Below, in pieces: positions 1 through 9,835 of a DNA stretch of 64,000 bases (its first letter is position 1; every line of letters starts with the position of its first letter). The translations under genes were made by a program, and so were the position numbers. The notes beneath the pieces are model-generated. The model did no database searches, was not told the DNA's origin, and saw nothing but the letters and a program-made list of their open reading frames with translations. Source of the stretch: Phycisphaeraceae bacterium. GTDB lineage: Bacteria > Planctomycetota > Phycisphaerae > Phycisphaerales > Phycisphaeraceae. The DNA lies in the NCBI GenBank assembly GCA_963674705.1, contig OY771506.1, positions 832,001 through 896,000 of the forward strand. Direction: 5' to 3'.

Positions 1-3000
1 TGACAGGCGGTGATGATTGCGCCGTCGTCGACGGTCATCTTGTCTCGCTCGCCACGGGCCCATTTGTTCTTGGCGTCGATGGTCTGACGCTTGATGCGCT
101 GGACACAGAAGGTGCACTTCTCCATCACGCCGCGCATCCGCACGGTGACATCGGGATTGAAAACCATCCGCTTGATCTTGTCGATCATCGCTTCCTGCTG
201 CATGTCCGGCATCAGCAGCCACGGCTTGGCGGCCATGCCCGGGATGCCTGTCCCGCGCGGATTCTGCGAGTGGAAGTCGAAGTAGTTGAACCGGCGCACC
301 TTGTACGGACAGTTATTCGAGCAATAACGCGTGCCGATGCAGCGGTTGTAAACCATCACGTTCAGCCCCTCGGCGTCGTGGACCGTCGCAGCGACAGGGC
401 AGACCTGCTCGCACGGTGCGTTCTCGCACTGCTGACAAAGCATCGGCTGATGCACAACCTCGGGATGTTCCGCATCCGGGTCGGCTTCACGATCGTTCTT
501 GAAGTAGCGATCGATCCGCAGCCACTGCATCTCACGGCTCATCAGGACCATGTCCTTGCCGACGATCGGGACGTTGTTCTCCGCCTGGCAGGCGACGACG
601 CATGCGTTGCAGCCGATGCAGGCGTTCATGTCGATCGTCATGCCCCAGGCGTGCGGTTCGTTGAATGCTTCGGGACCGCCGGGACGCTTCTGGCCGGGTT
701 CGTAAGGTCCATCCCACAACTGCAGCGACACCGAGCCGTGCTCGCCGTGCATCTTCGTCGAATGAACGGGGTCTTTCTTATACGCCTCGAAGCTTGCTTC
801 CTTAATGATCATGCCGGCCTCACCCTTGTGGCCGACACGCACCTCGGTCAGATCCATACCGATGTTGTCATTAAGCAGGTGGTGGTTCTGCGTCAGCGCC
901 AGCTTGTAGGTCTTGCCGGTCTTGGCGATCTTCGCATCACGTGCGATGCCCGGCCTCTGGCTGCTGCGGAGTTTGTAAGTATCGAAACCGACGTTGACAC
1001 CGATCGGGCCCGAAGCGGTACGCCCGTACCCAAGCGGCAACGCGATCGAACCGCGTGCCTGGCCCGGCATCAGATAGGCCGCGATTTCCAGCGACTTTTC
1101 TCCGACCGTGATCGTGATGATGTCGCCGTTACCAACACCAAGCTCCTTGGCATCGGCAATGTTGATCAGCGCCGCGTTGTCCCACGTCATCTTCGTCAGC
1201 GGGCCCGGTGTTTCCTGGAGCCAGCCGTTATCCGCATATCGGCCGTCATACATCGACGGGTCGGCGATGAAGGTGACTTCGTAGCCCTGCGTTTCGGCAA
1301 GCGCGGGCGGCACCAACTCGTTCGCCGTCTTGGGCCGAGCAGTCAAAGGTTTGAATGCAGAGTCCGGCACGACGCCTTCATGCAGTGCCTTTCGCCAGTT
1401 GTTTTCAAAGCCCGTGCTCGGCAGGAACTGAGCCATCGTCTGACGCACGAGCGTGTAGCCGTCGGCTTCTTTCTCACCGAGCATCATGGCGAGCAATTCG
1501 ATCGGGCTCTTTGATTCAGCACCCTTACGCGCGATCGGCAGGATCAACGGCTGCTGAATGCTCAACGTGCCGTCCCACGCCCGGCCGTCGCCCCAGCACT
1601 CAAGGTAGTTAGCCTTGGGTAGTTGCCAGTGGCAACGACGCGAAGTTTCATTGCGGTATTCGGTGAGGTGGGTCGCGGATTCGAGCTTGTCGAGTTTAGC
1701 CGCGAAGTCCAAGTCGGCCGGGGCGTCGTAAGCCGGGTTGCCGCCGAGGATCAGCAGGTTCTTAATCCGACCTTCTTCGATGCCGTTGCTCAGTTCAGCG
1801 ATGTCCTGGAAGCAACCGCCGCCGGAGCCGCCGACGATCTTCGGTTCATCGGTGACGTCAACCGTCTTGCCGATGTTGCCCAGCGCATCATTCAATGCCC
1901 AGCACAAGGCGTGCACCTCGGCCGGCTGATTCGGTCCCGCGACGATCAGGCTCGCGCCACGATGCTTATCCAGGTCTTTGACGATCGCCTGAACAAACTC
2001 GCTTGCGCCATTCAGCGTAGAACTGCCCGGCATCAGGCCCAACTGCTGCGACAGCGCCTGCACCAGCCCGCCGATCTTCCCCGAACGGATCGGCAGGCGG
2101 TTGTCCGCTACCGAGCCGGTGATCGACATCGCGCTTTCAGCGACGAACAGCCGGTTCATCGAACCTTCGTCCGCACTCTTCCTGCCCTTCGCCCAATCAC
2201 GAGCGTGACGCACCTGGTTCGGATGACATCCGAGAAGATCACTGTCAAAGCTGACGATGACCTGTGCTTTATCCAAGTGATACTGCGGCCGAACGGGTTT
2301 GCCGAAGGCCTCGATCGCACCGCGTTGTTCGTTATCGCGGTTGATCGGTTCGTATTCGTACCAGCGCACGCCGGGGAACATACTCAGCAGCGCGTCTTTC
2401 ATCCGCTCAAGCGAGGGGCTGGAGCTTGGCTGAGAAAGCACGGCGAAGGAACCGGGATCATCACGCAGGGTCTTGCCCCGTGTCGCGGAATACTCAATGA
2501 ATTCATCCCAAGTCGGCTTGGAACCGTCGCCGTCATCCTTGCCCTTGGTGATCTGACGCAGACGGTAGGGGTCATACATCTGCAGGACGCTGGCCTGCGT
2601 GAAGGCATCGGTCGCGCCCAGCGAGCCGGGGTGCAAGGGATTGCCTTCGATCTTGATGGGCCTGCCATCGAAGCTGGTGACCAGCACGCCGTTGGCGACA
2701 CCGCCCTGCTCGATCATGGATGCGTAGTACGTCGGCACGCCGGGAGCCTGCCCGTCAGGACGCGATGCGAACGGCGCAAGCTTTTCTTGTGGCCAACGCC
2801 GACAGCCCGTCAGCGTCAGGCCCGCAAGCGACATCGAAGCCGCCATCAACTGCACGAAACGCCGACGCGAGACGGTCAGCACATCGTCGGGGTCATACCC
2901 CGGGAACTCCTCTTTGAGCAGTTCCGCGACTTCAGGCGCCTTCGCGTATTCTTCGAGGCTGCGCCAGTATTCGCTACCGGTTGTGTTCTGGTTTACCTGT

Positions 3001-3005
3001 GGCAC
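1..3005 (-). CDS. actB: Alternative complex III subunit ActB (TAT-variant molybdopterin-oxidoreductase-like plus Fe-S domains); truncated at the window edge
   Basis: Missing from the ORF track because it runs off the edge. Manual translation from GTG at 3005 gives MPQVNQNTTGSEYWRSLEEY...VSRRRFVQLMAASMSLAGLTLTGCRRWP (YWRSLEE motif plus twin-Arg/Cys). Near the edge it reads CIGTRYCSNNCPYKVRRFNY and NPDVTVRMRGVMEKCTFCVQRI. It overlaps the actA stop. Confidence 0.92.
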   Translation of the reverse strand, partial: MPQVNQNTTGSEYWRSLEEYAKAPEVAELLKEEFPGYDPDDVLTVSRRRFVQLMAASMSLAGLTLTGCRRWPQEKLAPFASRPDGQAPGVPTYYASMIEQGGVANGVLVTSFDGRPIKIEGNPLHPGSLGATDAFTQASVLQMYDPYRLRQITKGKDDGDGSKPTWDEFIEYSATRGKTLRDDPGSFAVLSQPSSSPSLERMKDALLSMFPGVRWYEYEPINRDNEQRGAIEAFGKPVRPQYHLDKAQVIVSFDSDLLGCHPNQVRHARDWAKGRKSADEGSMNRLFVAESAMSITGSVADNRLPIRSGKIGGLVQALSQQLGLMPGSSTLNGASEFVQAIVKDLDKHRGASLIVAGPNQPAEVHALCWALNDALGNIGKTVDVTDEPKIVGGSGGGCFQDIAELSNGIEEGRIKNLLILGGNPAYDAPADLDFAAKLDKLESATHLTEYRNETSRRCHWQLPKANYLECWGDGRAWDGTLSIQQPLILPIARKGAESKSPIELLAMMLGEKEADGYTLVRQTMAQFLPSTGFENNWRKALHEGVVPDSAFKPLTARPKTANELVPPALAETQGYEVTFIADPSMYDGRYADNGWLQETPGPLTKMTWDNAALINIADAKELGVGNGDIITITVGEKSLEIAAYLMPGQARGSIALPLGYGRTASGPIGVNVGFDTYKLRSSQRPGIARDAKIAKTGKTYKLALTQNHHLLNDNIGMDLTEVRVGHKGEAGMIIKEASFEAYKKDPVHSTKMHGEHGSVSLQLWDGPYEPGQKRPGGPEAFNEPHAWGMTIDMNACIGCNACVVACQAENNVPIVGKDMVLMSREMQWLRIDRYFKNDREADPDAEHPEVVHQPMLCQQCENAPCEQVCPVAATVHDAEGLNVMVYNRCIGTRYCSNNCPYKVRRFNYFDFHSQNPRGTGIPGMAAKPWLLMPDMQQEAMIDKIKRMVFNPDVTVRMRGVMEKCTFCVQRIKRQTIDAKNKWARGERDKMTVDDGAIITAC

Positions 3006-3697
3006 GTGGAGCAACTCGTCATATAGGCTTCGTCGTGAATATCCAGTTTGTCTTTCATAAACAGACCGATCCGCAGTTGTGCGTCTTCGGCGGTCTCGCC
3101 GGGCTCCCGCTCAGGCTCCCAGGCAAGGTCGGTCACCTTGTCCAGCGGACGCAGGTGCTTTTCGGGCTCGCGGTGGCAGTCCAGACACCAGCCCATGCTC
3201 AGCGGCTTGGCCTGTGTGACCACTTCCATCTTGTCGATACGGCCGTGGCAACTCACACAGCTTACGCCCTTGTTCACGTGGGCCGAGTGATTGAAGTACG
3301 CGTAATCCGGCAGGTCGTGGACCTTAACCCACTCGATCGGCTCGCCCGTTTCGTAGCTCTCTTTCACCGGCTTGATACGCTCACTGTCCGGCCAGATCGA
3401 GGTGTGGCAGTTCATGCACGTCTGTGTCGGCGGGATCGCGGCGAACGACGCGTCGTCCACGGTCGTGTGGCAGTACCGGCAATCCATGCCAAGCTCGCCG
3501 ACGTGCAGCGCGTGACTATATGGAACCGGCTGCACGGGCGCATAACCGACGTTCAGCGTGTTGGCTGAGAACGCCAAACCCACCACCGCCGGTGCGAAGG
3601 CTCCACCTCCCACCGCACTCAGAACGATGAACGGTAGTAAGTAATTCGCCCACTTCGGAAATACGAACTTGTCGGACGGTGTCTGCTCGTTGGCCAT
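2993..3697 (-). CDS. actA: Alternative complex III pentaheme cytochrome c subunit ActA
   Basis: N-terminal TM helix; GYAPVQPVPYSHALH; five CxxCH motifs (CRYCH, CMNCH, CVSCH, CLDCH, CSTCH); lies directly upstream of actB. Confidence 0.92.
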   Translation of the reverse strand: MANEQTPSDKFVFPKWANYLLPFIVLSAVGGGAFAPAVVGLAFSANTLNVGYAPVQPVPYSHALHVGELGMDCRYCHTTVDDASFAAIPPTQTCMNCHTSIWPDSERIKPVKESYETGEPIEWVKVHDLPDYAYFNHSAHVNKGVSCVSCHGRIDKMEVVTQAKPLSMGWCLDCHREPEKHLRPLDKVTDLAWEPEREPGETAEDAQLRIGLFMKDKLDIHDEAYMTSCSTCHR

Positions 3698-3837
3698 GTG
3701 AGTCTAAAGATCCGCCTCGCAAGATGGATGGATACAGGGAGTCTGAACAACCCGCTACGGTCGTGCACCTTGCCGAACACGCCGTATGCTGAGAACAATA
3801 ACGAACTGTCACTCCGATGACAAAAGTCAGCCCAGAT

Positions 3838-3855
3838 CGATTGAGACATCAATCG
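3838..3855. promoter_or_regulatory. Perfect 7-4-7 palindrome, candidate operator upstream of actA
   Basis: CGATTGA-GACA-TCAATCG in the divergent actA / PPIase intergenic region. Confidence 0.35.
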
Positions 3856-4191
3856 GTCAACAACGATCGGGCATCATAACGATTTATAAAGAAGAGGAAG
3901 TGATCTTTAAATAAGTATTGTGTTGTTCAGGGTTCATCGCGGCGCACATCGCATCATCCACCCCACGATACACACCATCCGATCAGCACCCATACGACTT
4001 CAGACATCTTGCGGACATGACAATCGACAACAATTCGTTCACCCCGAAACAGATAACTATATATTTAATTATATTAAATAGTTAACGCGCAGGAACCCGA
4101 TATGAAGCCGGATGACGAAGATAAAGGCTTTTTACGCGAGTATCCTTCTCTCGCGTTGCCGTACCGATTGACCGCATCTACACTTAAAGCC

Positions 4192-5223
4192 ATGCAAAAA
4201 AAGATTTACGCCCTGATTGTCTTGAGTGTTTTCTACCTTGCACTTTCCGCTATCGGCGCGCAAGCGCAAACCTACAGCGTTGACGGCATGATCGGGCAGG
4301 TCAACGGCCGCGCCATCTACACCAATGACGTCTTCGACGAGCAACTCAGCGAAACACTCGCCCAATGGGGACGCGAATTATCCCTAAGCGAGTTCCGTAA
4401 ACGCGCCACTGAACGCATCGTCGTCCGGCTCAACGGCATGGTCACCGACGCCCTGATCTACGGCGAAGCCCAACGCGATCTTTCTGACCAGGAACGCCAG
4501 GGCTTGGCAGTCGCCATGACCAAACAACGCGAACAACTGCTGCGTGAGTACGGCCAAGGCTCCGCGGCCGTGGCGGAAGCGGAACTGCAACGCCGAACAG
4601 GCATGGGCCTCGACGAAACGCTTGAACGCTGGCGTCAAGCGCTTGTCGTACAACGCTATATGCGCCAGAAACTCCGCCCGATGGTCAACGTCACCCGCAG
4701 AGACATCAAACGCTATTACCAGGATCATTTCAACGAATTCAACCGGCCCGCATCGCGCAGCGTCCGTGTGATCCAGGTCGAATCGGAGGAAGATGTACAG
4801 TACATCAGCGACCTGCTGGCGGGCGGAACACCGTTCACCGAAGCGGCGGCCGATCAACGTAACAAGTTCAGGCCGGATCAAGGCGGACTCATGGGCGATA
4901 TGGCGGGCAAGCAGCTTTTTGCAGATGAACAGGTCAACCAGGCCACACTCAAGCTGGAAGCCGGGGAATACGTCGGGCCTTTAACCGTCGGGAATCGCCA
5001 ATGGTTCGTCGCGGTGGAGAAGATCAATGAAGCAGAAGGCCGGTCGCTGATGCAGGTGCAGACTGAGATCCAGAACCTACTGTTTGAACAGCAGCTCCGC
5101 GAACAAACCCAGCGATACCGTGAAGAGCTATTCGAGAAAGGCAGCTACAACTCGATCGAGCAGATGGCCCAAACCCTCGTCGAAATCGCCGAAGACCGCT
5201 ACGCCCGCACCGAAACACAATGA
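4192..5223 (+). CDS. SurA/PrsA-like peptidyl-prolyl isomerase (parvulin-type) periplasmic chaperone
   Basis: Signal peptide from ATG 4192; GQVNGRAI N-terminus; VNVTRRDIKRYYQDHFNEF..P; GG.MG..; LEAGEYVGP...WFVAVEK; SLMQVQTEIQNLL. This is the layout of SurA_N plus rotamase domains. Confidence 0.72.
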   Translation: MQKKIYALIVLSVFYLALSAIGAQAQTYSVDGMIGQVNGRAIYTNDVFDEQLSETLAQWGRELSLSEFRKRATERIVVRLNGMVTDALIYGEAQRDLSDQERQGLAVAMTKQREQLLREYGQGSAAVAEAELQRRTGMGLDETLERWRQALVVQRYMRQKLRPMVNVTRRDIKRYYQDHFNEFNRPASRSVRVIQVESEEDVQYISDLLAGGTPFTEAAADQRNKFRPDQGGLMGDMAGKQLFADEQVNQATLKLEAGEYVGPLTVGNRQWFVAVEKINEAEGRSLMQVQTEIQNLLFEQQLREQTQRYREELFEKGSYNSIEQMAQTLVEIAEDRYARTETQ

Positions 5224-5299
5224 TGACTGATGACAAAAGCCCGGTCATAGCCCCAGGGGCTTTGGCCGGGATCTCTCCAGGATCTCCGGGAAGACCTCC

Positions 5300-5731
5300 A
5301 TGCCGCCCCCTCCCCCATTTAGGCGCCTGACTCAACTGCTCGACTCCATCCGGGCCCATCACCAAAAACGGTCCGCCACCGGCCCACGCGGCGAACGCGC
5401 CGCCGCCGACTACCTCAAGCAAAACAACTACCGCATCATCGCCCGCAATCTCCGCAACCGCTACGGCGAGATCGACCTGATCGCCATCGCGCCGGACGGC
5501 CGAACCGTCGTCATCATCGAAGTCAAAACCGCTGAAGACCCTGGCGCACGCCCTGAACTTCGTGTAAATCCGAAGAAGCAAAAGAAACTGACCGCACTGG
5601 CCGCCCAGCTTGTGCGCCGCTACAAGTTACAAGACAAACCCATCCGCTTTGATGTCATCGCAGTGAACCTGCCCGAAGGAAAAGCCCCCATCATCCGCCA
5701 TTACCCCGGCGCGTTTGAATCGATCGTCTGA
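5300..5731 (+). CDS. yraN: YraN family (UPF0102) putative endonuclease
   Basis: G.RGE.AAADYL...YRIIARN....GEIDLIA....VIIEVKT....RFDVIAV signature. Confidence 0.9.
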   Translation: MPPPPPFRRLTQLLDSIRAHHQKRSATGPRGERAAADYLKQNNYRIIARNLRNRYGEIDLIAIAPDGRTVVIIEVKTAEDPGARPELRVNPKKQKKLTALAAQLVRRYKLQDKPIRFDVIAVNLPEGKAPIIRHYPGAFESIV

Positions 5732-5761
5732 AAAGAGCTAATCCAGCAATCAATCACCTTC

Positions 5762-5777
5762 TGGCACGCTGTTTGTT
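5762..5777 (+). promoter_or_regulatory. sigma54-like -24/-12 promoter (one mismatch at -12) upstream of the transglutaminase gene
   Basis: TGGCACG-CTGT-TTGT versus consensus TGGCACG-N4-TTGC; spacing is correct. Confidence 0.4.
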
Positions 5778-6010
5778 CCTATCACTATCAACCGCCGCAG
5801 GGACGCATAAACGGTCACCCGGGGCCCAACGTTTGGGCACTCCCGGCGTTTACCCGTGCGTGGATGCGCGCTTTACAGGCAACCCCGGAGCCTGGCTACG
5901 AGCTTGGATGGATATCAGAGCGATGATTTTTGAATGAACGACTGTTTCTTCCCGTTTGAATCCGCGGCCGATGCTGGTTGGGCCGCCATGCAAGAAAGCT
6001 CGCAACAACA

Positions 6011-6994
6011 ATGACTGCGATAGCACCCATGACCATGCCCGACACAGACACAATCATCATGACCGGCCCCAGCAAGCCCAGCCCCGTGGCGCCGAGGCGT
6101 TATGACATCATCCACCAGACGCGCTTTACCTACTCTTCGCCCGTCAGCCTGGATCAGCTTGTCGTGCGCCTACAGCCACGCAACAGCTTCGACCAACGCC
6201 TGGTTCACTTCAGCATCCAGACCGACCCGAAGCCGGCCCGTCACACGCACTGCCTGGACCTGCACGGCAACATCCGCCACTGGTTCTGGTTTGAAAAACA
6301 ACACGCCACACTGACGCTGACGACGCGGTCAATTGTTGACTGCCTTGTCGATAACCCGTTCGACTTCATCGTTGTCGATCCGGGTGTTGAGTCGCTGCCT
6401 GCGGTATATGAAGAGCCGGTGCGATCCGCGACAGAGCATTACCGTCATCGTCCGATGCCAAACCCGATCGTCGATGCGCTTGCGCGTCAGATCCGCCAAC
6501 AGTGTGACGGTCATACTGTCCACTTCCTCTCAGACCTGGCCCGACATCTGCGAGAAAACATCCGCCATATAGTTCGGCCGAAGGGTGACCCGTGGAGCCC
6601 GACGAAAACGCTCGAACGCGGCGAAGGTGCTTGCCGTGACACGGCCGTACTCTACATCGACGCTTGTCGAGCCGTGGGCTTGGCGGCGAGATTCGTTTCG
6701 GGTTACGCATTCGATGCCATGGATGACAGCCATCGTGAACTTCACGCATGGGCCGAGGTGTATCTGCCCGGTGCGGGCTGGCGCGGTTACGACCCGACGA
6801 CAGGTCTTGCGGTAAGCAACCGGCACATCGCCGTCGCCGCTTCGCCTACAGCGGGATACGCCGCGCCGACCGCCGGCACATTCACCGGCCCGAAGGTCGA
6901 CGCCTCGCTCGAATACGACATCCAGATGAACGTCACCGAAGCCGACCTCGCCCCTGATAACGGCGAAGTCTATAACTGGCCACCGTCAATGTGA
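6011..6994 (+). CDS. Transglutaminase-like family protein (Bact_transglu_N plus catalytic core)
   Basis: YDIIHQTRFTYS..V...RLQP N-domain; GACRD (Cys), RFVSGY, HAWAEVYLPGAGWRGYDPT (His/Asp). Start codon is uncertain (6011/6029/6035). Confidence 0.88.
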   Translation: MTAIAPMTMPDTDTIIMTGPSKPSPVAPRRYDIIHQTRFTYSSPVSLDQLVVRLQPRNSFDQRLVHFSIQTDPKPARHTHCLDLHGNIRHWFWFEKQHATLTLTTRSIVDCLVDNPFDFIVVDPGVESLPAVYEEPVRSATEHYRHRPMPNPIVDALARQIRQQCDGHTVHFLSDLARHLRENIRHIVRPKGDPWSPTKTLERGEGACRDTAVLYIDACRAVGLAARFVSGYAFDAMDDSHRELHAWAEVYLPGAGWRGYDPTTGLAVSNRHIAVAASPTAGYAAPTAGTFTGPKVDASLEYDIQMNVTEADLAPDNGEVYNWPPSM

Positions 6995-7038
6995 CCTGGT
7001 TCTTGATGCCAGTGTAGCGTTGATAGTAGTATGGGTGC

Positions 7039-7431
7039 ATGCCGTTCCCTGTTGACGCCCAATACATTAAACAAACCGAGGAAAAGCTTGGTGTGCGATT
7101 CCCTCTAAGTTATGTCGCATACATGCGGCGATGTAATGGTGGAGAAATCAAAGTATCGGATGATTACTGGCAACTCTATCCAATCTTAGATACCAGCGGC
7201 AAAAAACGTTTAAAGCGTACCTGCAACGATGTTGTGCGCGAAACACAGCAAGCAAAGGAATGGCCGAGATTCCCCCCCAATGCTGTGGCGATCGGCTCGA
7301 ATTGCAGTGGCGATCTTCTGGCATACATTCATACTGATCAATTTCAAAAGCTTGATGATATGGTCTACTGGTGGGACCACGAGACGGGTGAACTGCATAT
7401 CGTGGCAGATGACTTCCTGGATCTCACATGA
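7039..7431 (+). CDS. SMI1/KNR4 (SUKH) family protein
   Basis: I..TEEKLGVRFPLSY..YM..CNGG; AIGSNCSGD; VYWWDHETGE..IVADDF; more AT-rich than its neighbours. Confidence 0.85.
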   Translation: MPFPVDAQYIKQTEEKLGVRFPLSYVAYMRRCNGGEIKVSDDYWQLYPILDTSGKKRLKRTCNDVVRETQQAKEWPRFPPNAVAIGSNCSGDLLAYIHTDQFQKLDDMVYWWDHETGELHIVADDFLDLT

Positions 7432-9044
7432 CAGCAAAAACTCTGCTTCTACTCCCGTTGTTTACGTTTATCTTCACTTCGTTTGCGCATGCCGAATCCT
7501 GGATACGCGCTAACCAGATCGGCTACCTGACGGACGATCCGAAGATCGCGATCCTTTCAAGTGATCAGCCGCTTGAAGGTGAGTTCTCGGTCGGCTCATT
7601 TAAAGCAGACATCGGTGAAGATCAGAGCGCGTGGGGCCCATTCGCACACAACTACCGGCTCGACTTCTCAGACCTCAAACAAGCCGGCCGATATACGATC
7701 CAATTCGAGGATATCCAGTCACTGCCATTTACCATCAGCGATGATGCGTACAAGGATGTGCCGGGGAAGCTGCTGCAATTCATGCAGCTTCAGCGCTGCG
7801 GGGTGAATCCGGTGACGGGCGAGCTTTGCCATCAGGAAGACGCGATCGACACGATCAGCGGCGAGAAGCTCGACCTGCGCGGCGGCTGGCACGATGCGGG
7901 CGATCGGCTCAAGCACATGATCACCACCAGCTACTGCGTCGCGGCGCTTTATCTGGCGGACGCCAAAGACGAAGCCGACTGGGGCGCGGACCTGCTTAAG
8001 CGTCTGCACCCTGATCCGCAGACTATCTACGTGCAGATCGGCGACGATCGCGATCACATGCCGCCCGCCACGCTCTGGCACGACGACAAGTCAGACTACG
8101 GCCACGGCCCCGGCGGACCTCGCTCCGCCTGGCGCGCCACCGGCCAACCCGAAGGGCCGAAGTACAAAAACAAATCCGACGGCCTGGCCAACCTCGCCGG
8201 TCGAACCTCCGCCGCACTCACGCTTGCCGGTGATCTTGAAAAAGCAAAGTCGCTCTACGCACTTGCCAAGGCAAACCCCGGCTGCGCCATGTCCGTACCC
8301 GTGCGTGCCCCTTACTACTACGGCGAAAGCACGTACTTCGACGACCTCGAATGGGCCGCGACCGAACTCTACATCGCCACCAAAGACGAGCAATACCTAG
8401 CAGACGCGATCGGTTTTATTGATCCGGCAGGTTCAAGCCGATGGATGGGAAAAGGCAGGCACGGCCACTACGAGTTCTTCCCCTATGTCAACCTCGCACA
8501 CTGGCGTTTGTATCCACATGTCGATGAAGCTGCGCAAAAGAAAATCGCCGCGTATTACCGTGACGGCTTGGAACGGCTGCGCATCGAAGCGGAGAAAAAT
8601 CCTTATCGACTCGGCACGCCGTTGGTCTGGTGCTCGACTAATGATGTCGTTGCCTTCGCCACACAAGCCAAGCTCTATGAGAAGATGACTGGCGACACGA
8701 CGTACCGCGCCTTGGGCACGGAAGCACGCGACTGGATCTTCGGCCGTAATCCGTGGGGTGTGTCGTTTGTCATCGGTGTGCCGGAGGACGGCGTCGCAGC
8801 GAGCAAGCCGCACCACCTTTTCTGGAAACTCATCGGCCACCTGCCAGTTGGCGGCCTCGTCGACGGCCCGGTCTACAAAGACATCAACGACGGCCTGAAG
8901 TTCAACGACTTCGGCGAAGATGTACTCGCCCGCTTCCAATCCGAAGCCGGCATCTACCACGACGTCTTCGCCGACTTCTCCACCAATGAACCCATTATCG
9001 ACGGAACCGTCTCACTGCTACTACTGATCGAGGTGTGGGAATAA
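7428..9044 (+). CDS. Glycoside hydrolase family 9, secreted
   Basis: Signal peptide; IRANQIGY..DDPKIA Ig-like start; GGWHDAGD; DDLEWAATELY; GRNPWGVSFVIG; GGLVDGP; TNEPIIDG. Confidence 0.86.
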   Translation: MTAKTLLLLPLFTFIFTSFAHAESWIRANQIGYLTDDPKIAILSSDQPLEGEFSVGSFKADIGEDQSAWGPFAHNYRLDFSDLKQAGRYTIQFEDIQSLPFTISDDAYKDVPGKLLQFMQLQRCGVNPVTGELCHQEDAIDTISGEKLDLRGGWHDAGDRLKHMITTSYCVAALYLADAKDEADWGADLLKRLHPDPQTIYVQIGDDRDHMPPATLWHDDKSDYGHGPGGPRSAWRATGQPEGPKYKNKSDGLANLAGRTSAALTLAGDLEKAKSLYALAKANPGCAMSVPVRAPYYYGESTYFDDLEWAATELYIATKDEQYLADAIGFIDPAGSSRWMGKGRHGHYEFFPYVNLAHWRLYPHVDEAAQKKIAAYYRDGLERLRIEAEKNPYRLGTPLVWCSTNDVVAFATQAKLYEKMTGDTTYRALGTEARDWIFGRNPWGVSFVIGVPEDGVAASKPHHLFWKLIGHLPVGGLVDGPVYKDINDGLKFNDFGEDVLARFQSEAGIYHDVFADFSTNEPIIDGTVSLLLLIEVWE

Positions 9045-9835
9045 TGATTATGCGCTATCTCGCGGTGTCGCTTCTGCTATTGCTGCTTCTGAGCACAGGC
9101 TGTTCAACACAACCCATCATCCAGAACCATCCCGCATGGACATACGCCTACGACGGCGTCATCCGCGGCGACGCCACGCGCAAACAACTCGCCCTCATCT
9201 TCACCGGTGGCGACAAGGGTGAAGGCTCACAACACATACTCGACACACTCAAGCACAAAAACGTCAAAGCCTCCTTCTTCGTCACGGGCGGTTACGTCGC
9301 ACAACCCGGTTACGACCATTACCTGAAGCGCATGGTCGATGAAGGCCACTACCTCGGTCCACACTCGCACGGCCACCTGCTCTACGCCCCATGGGAGGAC
9401 CGCAGCCAGACACTGGTCACCGAACAAGAATTCAAAGAAGACCTTGAAAAGAACATCAACGAGCTGCGAGCCTTCGGCGCCAAGCCCAAAGGCAAACCCA
9501 TATACTTCATCCCGCCTTATGAATACTACAACGCCCAGCACGCCCAATGGGCACGCGAAATGAACTGCCTGCTCTTTAACTTCACACCCGGCACCCGCTC
9601 CAACCGTGACTGGGCCCCCGAAGGCCACAAATCGTTCGTCCCATCCACAAAGATCCTCGAAGACATCCTCGCCTACGAAGCCAACACGCCCCAAGGCCTG
9701 AACGGCCACTTGCTGCTTTTGCACCTCGGCGGCGAACGTCAGGACAAGATGTATCTGCTGCTGGGCGAGTTGATCGATGAATTGCATAAGCGAGGGTATG
9801 AAATGGTGCGCGTGGATGAATTGTTACAACTATGA
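9044..9835 (+). CDS. Polysaccharide deacetylase (NodB/CE4-like) lipoprotein
   Basis: Lipobox STGC; LALIFTGG; ASFFVTG; GHYLGPHSHGH; FIPPYEYYN; GHLLLLHLG; TAATG overlap with the GH9 stop. Confidence 0.82.
   Translation: MIMRYLAVSLLLLLLLSTGCSTQPIIQNHPAWTYAYDGVIRGDATRKQLALIFTGGDKGEGSQHILDTLKHKNVKASFFVTGGYVAQPGYDHYLKRMVDEGHYLGPHSHGHLLYAPWEDRSQTLVTEQEFKEDLEKNINELRAFGAKPKGKPIYFIPPYEYYNAQHAQWAREMNCLLFNFTPGTRSNRDWAPEGHKSFVPSTKILEDILAYEANTPQGLNGHLLLLHLGGERQDKMYLLLGELIDELHKRGYEMVRVDELLQL

Noticed and set aside
270..3026. Long plus-strand ORFs 270-1514 (414 aa) and 1623-3026 (467 aa)
   Set aside because: Antisense shadows of actB, whose minus-strand frame has clear motifs; no recognisable features of their own
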